A stretch of 64,000 nt of DNA from Candidatus Sericytochromatia bacterium (GTDB taxonomy: Bacteria > Cyanobacteriota > Sericytochromatia > S15B-MN24 > UBA4093): assembly GCA_036676985.1 (NCBI GenBank), contig JAKFBU010000023.1:96001-160000 (forward strand), in the 5' to 3' direction. The notes under the pieces were generated by a model. The model was given only the letters and a program-made list of their open reading frames with translations, made no database searches and had not been told where the DNA came from. Of this stretch, positions 50,241 through 58,671 are shown piece by piece. The position numbers were made by a program, and so were the translations under genes. Numbering within the stretch: position 1 is the stretch's first letter; each line of letters opens with the position of its first letter.

Positions 50241-50603
50241 ATGGCCACCATCCTCATCGCGGACGACGACAAGCACCTGGGAAAGGTGCTCGCACGGGCG
50301 CTCAAGGCCGAGGGCCATGAGGCGATACTCGCCCTCAACGGGCCCGAGGCCCTGGAGCTTGCGACCTCCCGGTCGCCCGATCTCGTCATCCTGGACGTCG
50401 CCTTGCCCCTCATGACCGGAGATCAGGTGGCGCTCGGCATGCGGGCCGTCCCGGCCCTCGCTCGGGTCCCGGTGCTGTTCATCTCGGGGCGCGATCGCGA
50501 GCGGCTAGAGCCCGTGCTGGACTCACTGGGGCCTTGCGGGTTCCTCCCCAAGCCGGTGGACCTCGACGCGGTGCTCGGCGCCGTCAAGAGCCGCCTCGGC
50601 TGA
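50241..50603 (+). CDS. Single-domain response regulator
   Basis: ILIADDD, PDLVILDVALP, FISG, FLPKP. Confidence 0.92.
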   Translation: MATILIADDDKHLGKVLARALKAEGHEAILALNGPEALELATSRSPDLVILDVALPLMTGDQVALGMRAVPALARVPVLFISGRDRERLEPVLDSLGPCGFLPKPVDLDAVLGAVKSRLG

Positions 50604-52910
50604 GGCGATCGGCCAGTAAAGGGTCACGGTCGTTCCTCGGCCGACCTCGCTTTCGATGGCAAACCGCGCCCCGTGCCACTCGGCGATGGTCCTCACCAGC
50701 GAGAGGCCGAGACCCGTTCCGGCGAGCGACAGGGCGTTCTCCGATCCGCCTTCGAAGGCCGTCCCCGCCTTGGCCAGCTGCTCGGGCGTCATGCCGGTCC
50801 CCGTGTCCACGACCCTCAAGACGGCCTCATGGTCGCCAGCCTCGGCCCTGATGGCGACTGTCCCGTCCGGCGTGAACTTCACGGCGTTGGAGACGAGGTT
50901 GAGCAGCACCTGCTGCAACCGTCGGGCATCGGCCTGAAGCATGGGCAGACGCTCGACCTCCACCCAATCGACCTCCAGCCGGGTGTCGGCCGCCTTTGCC
51001 AGAGGTTCCAGCAGCGGCACGACCGTCCCCAAGGCTTCCGCGCATGAGACGGGAGCCAGAGCCAGGACCAGGCGCCGGGACTCGTGCTTCGCGTGGTCGA
51101 GCACCCCGTCGATGAGAGCGCCGAGCGCGAGGGCATTGCCCCGGATGACGCCCACCTCCTGCCGGACGTCATCGGACAAGGGACCGAAGAGGCCGCGCTC
51201 GAGGCCCTGGCAGACGTAGCCAATGCTCGCGAGCGGCGCCCGCAGGTCGTGGCTCGCCTGGCCGAAGGCCTCGCCCCGGATCCGATCGATCTCCTGGAGG
51301 CGCGCGATGACATCCTCCGACTCGACCAGCTGGCGGATGTAGCGCTCCTGCTCGACGAGCTGCTGCTGCAGCCTGGCGAGCAGCTCGGAGGTACGCAGGG
51401 CGAAAGAGAGCTGCTGGCAGAGGGCCTGGACCAGGGCTCGGTCTTCCGGACCGTAGGGAAGATCCGCCTGACGCGGTCCCAGGGTCACGGTCCCGAGCGG
51501 ATCTCCGCCCACCGCGAGCGGCACGGTGAGGCCGCCGTCCGCAAGCACCCGGGTGCCGGGGCTCGGAGCCGTCGTCTCGCGGATGTCGAGGCTCGTCGGA
51601 TGCAGGGCCTCCTGGAGCTCCCGGGCGAAGGACTCCTTGACGGTCTCGAGGTCCAGCGTGCGCCGGGTGAGCGCGCCGAACCGGGCCACGATGGCCTGGA
51701 AGTCGTAGGGCGCCCGGAAGAAGGTCCGGTCGAGGTGGGCCTTGATGGCGTCGCGCAGGGGAGCATAGCTGACGGCGATGCCTGCGGTGAGGGCGAGCTG
51801 CATCCACAGGGCCGGCTGCTGGACCACGAGCCCGACGGCGAGGGAGGCCAGGAGATACGCGCCGCCAAGCAGCACGGTGACGAGGGTGTAGGTGAGCGAT
51901 CGCCTCAGGACGAGGCTCACGTCGAAGAGTCGGTGGCGCACGATGGCGTAGGCGATGAGGGCCGGAAAGGTGAGGTACCACGCCGCCGCGAGCTGGAAGG
52001 GGAAGGGCTCGAAACCGACGACGTTGCACGAGCTCCAGATGACCGATGGAGCCGTCGAGAGCATCAGCCCCAGAATGACGAGGTCCACCTGGCGGCGGAC
52101 ATGCAGGCCGGGCATGCGCAGGCGCGTCCAGAACAGGCCCGCCAGGCCAAGGAGGAACCCCATGCCCAGGCTTCCCAGGATGACCAGCCACAACGTGTTC
52201 AGCGCCGCGGGAATCGCGCCCACGAGCGCGTACGTCACGCCGAGGAGCGCGCAGAGCCCCGCAAAGCCCGCGACCAGGAGGCGGTGGCGCGCCTCCAGGG
52301 GCCCCGGGCGGAAGATGACGGCGAGGGGGACCATGGTCGCCGGCAACTGGGTCAGGGCCAGGATCCAGAAGAGCCGGAAGGAGTGGTCCGTGGCGTTGTC
52401 GAAGATCGTCAGGTTGTAGGTGGCGGCCACCATGCAGAAGTAGTAGAGCAGCGCCGAGTCCCGCCGGTCCGGGCGCATGCGCCGCACCCAGGCTCCCAGG
52501 AACAGGTACATGAAGCCGCTCGCCAGAGGCAGGCCCGCGACGGCGAGCAGATCCGACCAGTCGAAGCGTGAGACCTCGAGCACCACTGGCCCGCGGCCAT
52601 CAAAGGCGTACACGTGCGTCTCGCCCGGGGTGAAGGTCCGTAGGATCTCCCGGAGATCGGCCGAGGTCTCGACCGATCGGCCGTCGACGGAGAGCAGTTG
52701 CTCGTTGGGCAGGATGCCTTTACGGTGGCCCTCCCACGTCGAGCGCATGGCTAGCTGATTGACGGTCAATCGCTCGGCCCAGAGGAAGCCGGGGAAGGGA
52801 CGTCCTACCCACTGTACGGCCTCCCAGGCGCATGCCAGGCCGAGGAGCAGGATGGCGATCGCCGCCAGGGCCTCGAGAGATCGCAGGGATGGTCGGCGCA
52901 CGGGGTTCAA
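50523..52910 (-). CDS. Membrane sensor histidine kinase (PDZ-like + multi-TM + HisKA/HATPase)
   Basis: PDZ-like GILPNEQLLSVDGRSV; multiple TM helices ending YAIVRHRLFDV; H box SHDLRAPL; N box LLNLVSNAVKFT; DTGTGM; GTGLGL. Confidence 0.92.
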   Translation of the reverse strand: MNPVRRPSLRSLEALAAIAILLLGLACAWEAVQWVGRPFPGFLWAERLTVNQLAMRSTWEGHRKGILPNEQLLSVDGRSVETSADLREILRTFTPGETHVYAFDGRGPVVLEVSRFDWSDLLAVAGLPLASGFMYLFLGAWVRRMRPDRRDSALLYYFCMVAATYNLTIFDNATDHSFRLFWILALTQLPATMVPLAVIFRPGPLEARHRLLVAGFAGLCALLGVTYALVGAIPAALNTLWLVILGSLGMGFLLGLAGLFWTRLRMPGLHVRRQVDLVILGLMLSTAPSVIWSSCNVVGFEPFPFQLAAAWYLTFPALIAYAIVRHRLFDVSLVLRRSLTYTLVTVLLGGAYLLASLAVGLVVQQPALWMQLALTAGIAVSYAPLRDAIKAHLDRTFFRAPYDFQAIVARFGALTRRTLDLETVKESFARELQEALHPTSLDIRETTAPSPGTRVLADGGLTVPLAVGGDPLGTVTLGPRQADLPYGPEDRALVQALCQQLSFALRTSELLARLQQQLVEQERYIRQLVESEDVIARLQEIDRIRGEAFGQASHDLRAPLASIGYVCQGLERGLFGPLSDDVRQEVGVIRGNALALGALIDGVLDHAKHESRRLVLALAPVSCAEALGTVVPLLEPLAKAADTRLEVDWVEVERLPMLQADARRLQQVLLNLVSNAVKFTPDGTVAIRAEAGDHEAVLRVVDTGTGMTPEQLAKAGTAFEGGSENALSLAGTGLGLSLVRTIAEWHGARFAIESEVGRGTTVTLYWPIASAEAALDGAEHRVEVHRLGEEPARPQ

Positions 52911-53050
52911 TCAGGCCTCGAGACGCGAGCGAGTGGGACGAATCGTCGCGAGGGCATTGTACCCAGGCGACGCCGCGACGGATCGTGCGCGTTTGTCGGG
53001 CTGTGCCCCGGGGCATAGTCTCTTCGCCGACGTCACGAGAGGAGGAGCGA

Positions 53051-53614
53051 TTGTCGCTTCGCTACGCGATCCTGGGGCTCCTTTCCCTGGGCGACTTCAC
53101 GGGCTACGACCTGAGCAAGCGCTTCACCGGCTCCATCGGGTTCTTCTGGTCCGCCAAGCACAGCCAGATCTACCCGGAGCTCGCCAAGCTCTCGGACGAG
53201 GGGTGCGTCACGTTCCGGCAGGTCGAGCAGGACTCCCGCCCCAACAAGAAGCTCTACTCGATCACCGAGAGCGGCCGGCAGGACCTCCAGGACTGGCTCG
53301 CTAGCCCGCTCGAGCCCCGCTCCTTCAAGGACCCCGTCTTGCTCCGCGCCTTCTGCGCGAGCCGGATGGACCGCGAGGATCTGTGCGCCCAGCTCGAGGA
53401 GACCGCGCAGGCCAACCGCGACCGACTGCACGTCTACCAGGAAATCGAGGCGAGCCTGGAAGCCGGGAGCGAGACCGATCCCTCGCACCCTTTGGTGGGG
53501 GCCTACCTGACGCTACGCTTCGCCATGATGCAGGCGAGCGCCTACGTGGCCTGGTGCGAGTGGGCCGTGGATTACCTGAGAAGCGGAGTGCGGGCAACCA
53601 CCCGGAGCTCATGA
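53051..53614 (+). CDS. PadR family transcriptional regulator
   Basis: TTG at 53051 after GGAGGAG; LRYAILGLL...TGYDL...FFWSAKHSQIYPEL...KKLYSITESG. Confidence 0.93.
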   Translation: MSLRYAILGLLSLGDFTGYDLSKRFTGSIGFFWSAKHSQIYPELAKLSDEGCVTFRQVEQDSRPNKKLYSITESGRQDLQDWLASPLEPRSFKDPVLLRAFCASRMDREDLCAQLEETAQANRDRLHVYQEIEASLEAGSETDPSHPLVGAYLTLRFAMMQASAYVAWCEWAVDYLRSGVRATTRSS

Positions 53615-53645
53615 CGAACAGATCGTCTCGTTGGCGAGCGCCTTT

Positions 53646-53683
53646 CGAAAAGGCCCACACCCGAACGGGTGTGGGCCTTTTCG
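53646..53683. terminator. Bidirectional terminator
   Basis: cgaaaaggcccacacc-cgaacg-ggtgtgggccttttcg between convergent padR and the fliK-like gene. Confidence 0.85.
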
Positions 53684-53699
53684 GAAGACGCGAATCCGA

Positions 53700-54497
53700 T
53701 TAGCCGAGCGAGACGTCGAGCCCCTCGTCCAGGTCTCCTCCGCGGCGCACGAGCCAGCGGTTGGGCGCCGAGTAGCCGCCCTCCTCGCCGTCGGAGAACT
53801 GCTGGTTACCGGCGCCGGCGCCCTGGTTGGCCACCTCGACCTTGATCTCGGCGGGCTTGAGGTTGTGCGAGGTGAGCACGCTCTGGATGGCGTTCATCTG
53901 GCGCTCGAGGGCCTCTTTCGCCTGCTGGCTGGCCGCGAGGACCGAGACCGCCACCGTCTGCTGCTGCAGGGTGAAGGTCATCTGCAGCTTGCCCAGGTGC
54001 TCCGGGGCGATCTGAACCGACAGGCGGGAGACGGGCTCCCCCTTGACCTGCATCTGGCTGAACTGCGCCATGATCATGTTCGGGAAGTGCGCCTCGTGGA
54101 TGGGCGCCCCCTCCTTGACCGCCTCCAGGACCTGGTGGGCGTCGTACTGGGCGGTCGGGTTGAGGACGTTCAGCACGATGGGCTTGGAGAAGCCGTCTTC
54201 GACCATGGGCGCCTGCGGCAGGTCGCCCAGGGCCTTCATGAGCCAGGCGGGTTTCACCGCGGCGCCCGCGAACGCCGCCGCATAGTTCTCGGGCTCCAGC
54301 TGGGTCGCCATCTCCTCGGTCAAGGGAGCCCAGCCGGGAGGCATGACCCGGTTGAGGTGGGCGTCGAAGGGCTCCTTGGGGGCGTCCTTGCGCTTGTCCT
54401 CGACCTTGCGCTCGGCCTTCTCGTCGTCGGCCTTGATCTTCTCGGTGTTTGGCCTAGCCACCACGGCGTCGACCGGGATCGGAATACTCGGCAGCAT
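53700..54497 (-). CDS. fliK: FliK/SctP-like hook- or needle-length control protein
   Basis: C-terminal T3S4 pattern LSVQIAPEHLGKLQMTF...VAVSVLAASQQAKEALERQMNAIQSVLTSHNL; disordered N-terminus. Confidence 0.72.
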   Translation of the reverse strand: MLPSIPIPVDAVVARPNTEKIKADDEKAERKVEDKRKDAPKEPFDAHLNRVMPPGWAPLTEEMATQLEPENYAAAFAGAAVKPAWLMKALGDLPQAPMVEDGFSKPIVLNVLNPTAQYDAHQVLEAVKEGAPIHEAHFPNMIMAQFSQMQVKGEPVSRLSVQIAPEHLGKLQMTFTLQQQTVAVSVLAASQQAKEALERQMNAIQSVLTSHNLKPAEIKVEVANQGAGAGNQQFSDGEEGGYSAPNRWLVRRGGDLDEGLDVSLG

Positions 54498-54512
54498 GCG
54501 CCCTCCTTCCCC

Positions 54513-55112
54513 CTAACGGCCCCACTCGGTGTTGATGCGCTCGGCCTCTTGCTGAGCGGTCTGAAGGAACCCCTGCATCCAAGAGCTCTCCGCGAGCATG
54601 GCCGCAGCCTGCTCCTCGGCCTCGCGACGCTCGTTGTACTCCGCCTCTTCCTCCTCGTCGGCGAGGCGGCGGCGCTGCTTGGCCAGGTACATGTTGCCGG
54701 CCATCTCATCGAGCCTCAGGGCCTCGAGACGCTTCTCCTCGGCGAGCCAGCGCTCGTGCATCTTGGACTTGTGCTTCTTGACGACCTCGGAGTCGCGCTG
54801 CGCCTTCTTGTAGGCGGCATCGACCTCCATGACCCGGGCCTGGGCGGCCTTCCACTTCTTTTCCTGGACGGCGATCTTTTCCTTGAGGGAGTTGAGGTAG
54901 TCGTTGGACATCTGCACGTCGGCGGTGCGCCCGGCGGCCAGCTGATCGTTCATCGACTTCTGGGACTGCTGCTCGCGCCCCTTGAGGTCCTCGAGCGCGT
55001 CCTTCTCGGCCTGCTCGACGCGCTTGACGTCCGCGAGCTCGAGCTTGAGGTTGTCCTCGCGCTTGAGGCGCATGTTGAGGACCTTCTGAAGGCGGTACTG
55101 AAACTTGGCCAC
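54513..55112 (-). CDS. fliJ: FliJ/SctO-like export stalk protein with C-terminal extension
   Basis: GTG at 55112; MAKFQYRLQKVLNMRLKRED, coiled coil, ...EALRLDEMA typical of FliJ; about 50 extra residues follow. Confidence 0.78.
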   Translation of the reverse strand: MAKFQYRLQKVLNMRLKREDNLKLELADVKRVEQAEKDALEDLKGREQQSQKSMNDQLAAGRTADVQMSNDYLNSLKEKIAVQEKKWKAAQARVMEVDAAYKKAQRDSEVVKKHKSKMHERWLAEEKRLEALRLDEMAGNMYLAKQRRRLADEEEEAEYNERREAEEQAAAMLAESSWMQGFLQTAQQEAERINTEWGR

Positions 55113-55204
55113 GCGCCCTCCGATGCGAAGAAGCGGCCCACCCGGGGTGGTCCGCAAACTCCTATGCTTCCTCGGTTATACCCGGAATTGAGCGAGCGAT
55201 AACC

Positions 55205-55942
55205 TTACTTTCGCCCGAACAACGACCCGAAGAGCGTCTGAAAGAGCGACGTGCGCTTCTTCTTGAAGGGGTTGGTGCCGGTCGCCTTGGCCGCTCCCTT
55301 GCGCCCCTTGGCCTCGGCCTTGCCCTTCTTCTTTTTCTTGCCCTTCTTGTCCTTGGCCTCTTCCTCCTCGGCCTGCGCCTTCTCCATGGCCTTGAGCTGG
55401 CCGCGGATCTTGATGGCGAGGGCATCCTTGGGGTCGAGCTTGAGGGCCGCGTTGATCTCGGCCATGGCGTAGGCGACCCAGCCCATCTTCTGGTAGGTCA
55501 CGGCCAGCATGGTGTGGTATTGCGCCACCGAGGGGTCGATCCGGACGGCCTCCTTGAAGGCGTCGAGCGCGCCCTTGATGTTCTTGTCCATCTGGAGGGC
55601 GATGCCTTGCCGGAAGCGCTTCTCGGCCATCTCACGCCGCTGGGCCGCCTCTTCGGGGGAAATGGCGGGGACCTCGGGCTCGGGGTCCGGGGTGCTGACG
55701 TTCATGCGGCGCATGAAGTCGTACTCGTTGCGCTTCTCGGTGTCCTTGAGGACGTTGTAGGCGTACGAGACCTTGGCGAACTTCTGCTGAGCCTCTTCGC
55801 GGACTTCAGGCGGCTTGTCGACGTAGCGATCGGGGTGCAGGGTGACGGCGAGCTTCTTGTAGGCCTTGCGGATCTCGGCGTCCACAGCCTCGGGGCTGAC
55901 GCCTAGGATCTCGTATAGGTCCTCATCCGTGACGAATTCCAC
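55205..55942 (-). CDS. J-domain + TPR protein
   Basis: DLYEILGV...[17 protein letters not shown]...KRNEYD; TPR units; Lys-rich tail ending [14 protein letters not shown]. Confidence 0.9.
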   Translation of the reverse strand: MEFVTDEDLYEILGVSPEAVDAEIRKAYKKLAVTLHPDRYVDKPPEVREEAQQKFAKVSYAYNVLKDTEKRNEYDFMRRMNVSTPDPEPEVPAISPEEAAQRREMAEKRFRQGIALQMDKNIKGALDAFKEAVRIDPSVAQYHTMLAVTYQKMGWVAYAMAEINAALKLDPKDALAIKIRGQLKAMEKAQAEEEEAKDKKGKKKKKGKAEAKGRKGAAKATGTNPFKKKRTSLFQTLFGSLFGRK

Positions 55943-55954
55943 GAAGCTCCTCGA

Positions 55955-56671
55955 TCAGCGCAGCAGGCTCTTGGCCGTGTCCAGGCGAGTCTGGTAGTCA
56001 TTGGTGAAGAGCTGCTCGATGTATCCCTCGTCGAGGTCGCGGGTCTCCACCACCGGGCCGAGGCAGTTGATGACCGTCCGCGTCACCGGGTGGTAGGTCC
56101 AGTGCGTGATCTCCTCGGGGCGGATCCGCAGGGCCTTGGTCCAGAACTGCTCAGCTGCCTGATAATACTCTAGTCCGCTCGCATCGTCGAGGGCTGCGCA
56201 ACAATGGCCGGCGAGCTCGAAGGCGAGTCCGACCCCCCACATCTCGGTGTTGTTGTCGCTGGAATAGCCCGGCAGGCTGCGGAGCGCCTCCTCCACGAAG
56301 ATGAGGGCTCTTCGGTAGGCCGCCTCGGCCGTCTTGGGGCGCTTGGCGCGGTAGTAGAAGCTGCCTGCGCGCAGCATCTCGTAGATCTGCGAGTGGAAGA
56401 CGCCGAAGGTCGGTTTGCCCCGGTCGATGAGCTCGTGTCCCGAGCAGTCGAGGCCCATCTGGTGCTGGGCCACGATCTCCAGGCAGCGGGCCGCCTGGTA
56501 GTACTGCCCGATGGCCACCAGGTGATCGACGACGCGCGTCACCTCGGAGGCCGACAGCGTCGCCACGTTGAGGATGGCGAACGAGAGCTGGTTGGGGTTG
56601 TCGAGATCGAGCTCCGGACCGGTACCATCCGCGCTCGGCATCCAGAGTTCGGGACGATCCTCAGGCAACAT
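55955..56671 (-). CDS. Hypothetical helical (TPR-like) protein
   Basis: 238 aa; helical pattern GQYYQAARCLE, AEAAYRRAL, YYQAAEQFWTKAL; ends 12 nt before the J-domain gene. Confidence 0.65.
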   Translation of the reverse strand: MLPEDRPELWMPSADGTGPELDLDNPNQLSFAILNVATLSASEVTRVVDHLVAIGQYYQAARCLEIVAQHQMGLDCSGHELIDRGKPTFGVFHSQIYEMLRAGSFYYRAKRPKTAEAAYRRALIFVEEALRSLPGYSSDNNTEMWGVGLAFELAGHCCAALDDASGLEYYQAAEQFWTKALRIRPEEITHWTYHPVTRTVINCLGPVVETRDLDEGYIEQLFTNDYQTRLDTAKSLLR

Positions 56672-56829
56672 GGTCGGTTCACCTCGCTGTAACCCGCCAA
56701 ATTACCGCGGGGCGGGCAGCCTAAAGATCTTCTACCCACGGAAGCGCCCTAGGTTGCAGCCCGCGCCGGTGTTACAATGAGCCCATCAAGCATTATAGTG
56801 AGCCCTCCTTCTCCGACTCAAGGATCCCC

Positions 56830-58644
56830 ATGGCCAAGATCGCACGGCTGCCCATCCACATCGCCAACCAGATCGCGGCGGGCGAGGTCATCGAACGCCC
56901 GAGCTCCGTGGTCAAGGAGCTGGTCGAGAACGCCATCGACGCGGGTGCCACCCGCATCCAGGTCATCGTCTCGGACGGCGGGCGCAACCTGACGGTGGTC
57001 GACGACGGAGAGGGCATGACGGCCGAGGACGCGGTGCTTGCCTTCGAGCGCTTCGCCACCAGCAAGCTCAAGGATCCCGAGGACCTCTGGAAGCTCACGA
57101 CCATGGGCTTTCGCGGCGAGGCGCTGCCGAGCATCGCGTCGGTCTCGAAGGTCACGTGCACCACGCGCCAGAAAGGCGCCGAGTCGGGCGTGCGGGTGGT
57201 CATCCATGGGGGATCCGAGCCCGAGGTGACGCCCTTCGGCTGCCCCGAGGGGACCTCGATGCGCATCGAGGAGCTGTTCTTCAACACGCCCGCCCGCCGC
57301 AAGTTCCTGCGCGCCGACTCCACGGAGACGGGGCACGTGACGGAGGTGGTGACGGCCCTGGCGCTGGCGCACCCGGAGATCCACCTGAGCCTCAAGGCCA
57401 ACGAGCGGATGGTCTTCGACACCTCGGGCGCCACGGACCTCGAGACGACCGCGGCCCTGGTGCTCGGGGCGGACGTGGCCCGGAGCCTCCTGCCCGTCTC
57501 GGGCACGAGCCCCCACGGCACCATCCGCGGCCTGGTGAGCCCTCCGGAGCTCATCCGGAGCGATCGCAACAAGCAGTGGTTCTTCCTCAACGGCCGTGCG
57601 GTCCGCCACCCGACCCTCGCCAAGGCGGTCGAGGAGGCGATGACGGGGCACATCCCCTCGGGCCGGCACCCGATCTACATCCTCTCGCTGGAGGTGGACC
57701 CGGCGCGGGTGGACGTGAACGTCCATCCCACCAAAAAGGAGATCCGGCTCGCGGACTCGCAGAGCTTCTTCGTCCTGATCCGCGAGGCGGTGTCGCGGGC
57801 GCTCCTGAAGAGCCAGCCCTCCTTGCCAAGCGCCTATGGAGCGGGAGCCTACGGGGCGGGGCCTTTCGCTGCGCCTCCGGGCAGCCGCGAACCCTTTGCG
57901 TCGGCCGGCTACGAGCGCGAGACGCCGCCCTCCGTCGAGGCGACGCAGGCCGCCTTCGAGGCCTACCGTCCGACCTTCGCTCCCACGGCCCCCAAGGCGG
58001 CGGAGATTCGGCCGGTCTACCAGCCGCCCCTGCCGAACGCCGTGCCCATCGCGGCCACCACGCGCGCGGACGACTTTCCGTGGGACGAGATCCGGGTCAT
58101 TGGGCAGCTGCACGATACCTTCATCATGCTCGATCACCCGGACGGGCTGTACCTGCTCGATCAGCACAACAGCCACGAGCGGTACATGTACGAGAACCTG
58201 ACTCCCGCGAACCTGACGAGCCAGGAGCTGTTGCTGCCCCTGACGCTGGACCTCGCGCCCGCGGAGCGCGAGGCCCTGGCCGACCACCTGAAGCCCCTGA
58301 CGGAGCTCGGCTTCGTCATCGAGCCCTTCGGCGAGGAGACGTGGGCCATCCGGGCGGTGCCCGGCTTCTTGCCCATGACCGAGGCGGAGGAGACCATCCG
58401 TGAGCTCCTGGGCAAGGCTGCCGAGGCCCGGTTCGTCTCACCGACGAACAAGGAGGACAAGTGGCGGGTCACGATCGCCTGCCACTCGTCGACCCGGGCG
58501 GGCGATCATCTCACGATGGAGCAGATGCAGCGGATCGTGGAGCTGTGGCGCAAGTGCGAGCAGCCCTTCACCTGCCCGCATGGCCGCCCGACGGGCTTCC
58601 TGCTTTCGATGAACGAGCTGCAGCGGCGGTGCTTGCGGGGGTAA
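56830..58644 (+). CDS. mutL: DNA mismatch repair endonuclease MutL
   Basis: NQIAAGEVIERPSSVVKELVENAIDAG, GFRGEALPSI, VDVNVHPTKKE, endonuclease motif DQHNSHERYMYE, ACH, CPHGRP. Confidence 0.97.
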   Translation: MAKIARLPIHIANQIAAGEVIERPSSVVKELVENAIDAGATRIQVIVSDGGRNLTVVDDGEGMTAEDAVLAFERFATSKLKDPEDLWKLTTMGFRGEALPSIASVSKVTCTTRQKGAESGVRVVIHGGSEPEVTPFGCPEGTSMRIEELFFNTPARRKFLRADSTETGHVTEVVTALALAHPEIHLSLKANERMVFDTSGATDLETTAALVLGADVARSLLPVSGTSPHGTIRGLVSPPELIRSDRNKQWFFLNGRAVRHPTLAKAVEEAMTGHIPSGRHPIYILSLEVDPARVDVNVHPTKKEIRLADSQSFFVLIREAVSRALLKSQPSLPSAYGAGAYGAGPFAAPPGSREPFASAGYERETPPSVEATQAAFEAYRPTFAPTAPKAAEIRPVYQPPLPNAVPIAATTRADDFPWDEIRVIGQLHDTFIMLDHPDGLYLLDQHNSHERYMYENLTPANLTSQELLLPLTLDLAPAEREALADHLKPLTELGFVIEPFGEETWAIRAVPGFLPMTEAEETIRELLGKAAEARFVSPTNKEDKWRVTIACHSSTRAGDHLTMEQMQRIVELWRKCEQPFTCPHGRPTGFLLSMNELQRRCLRG

Positions 58645-58671
58645 CGGCGGACTGACAGCTAGCGGTACGTC

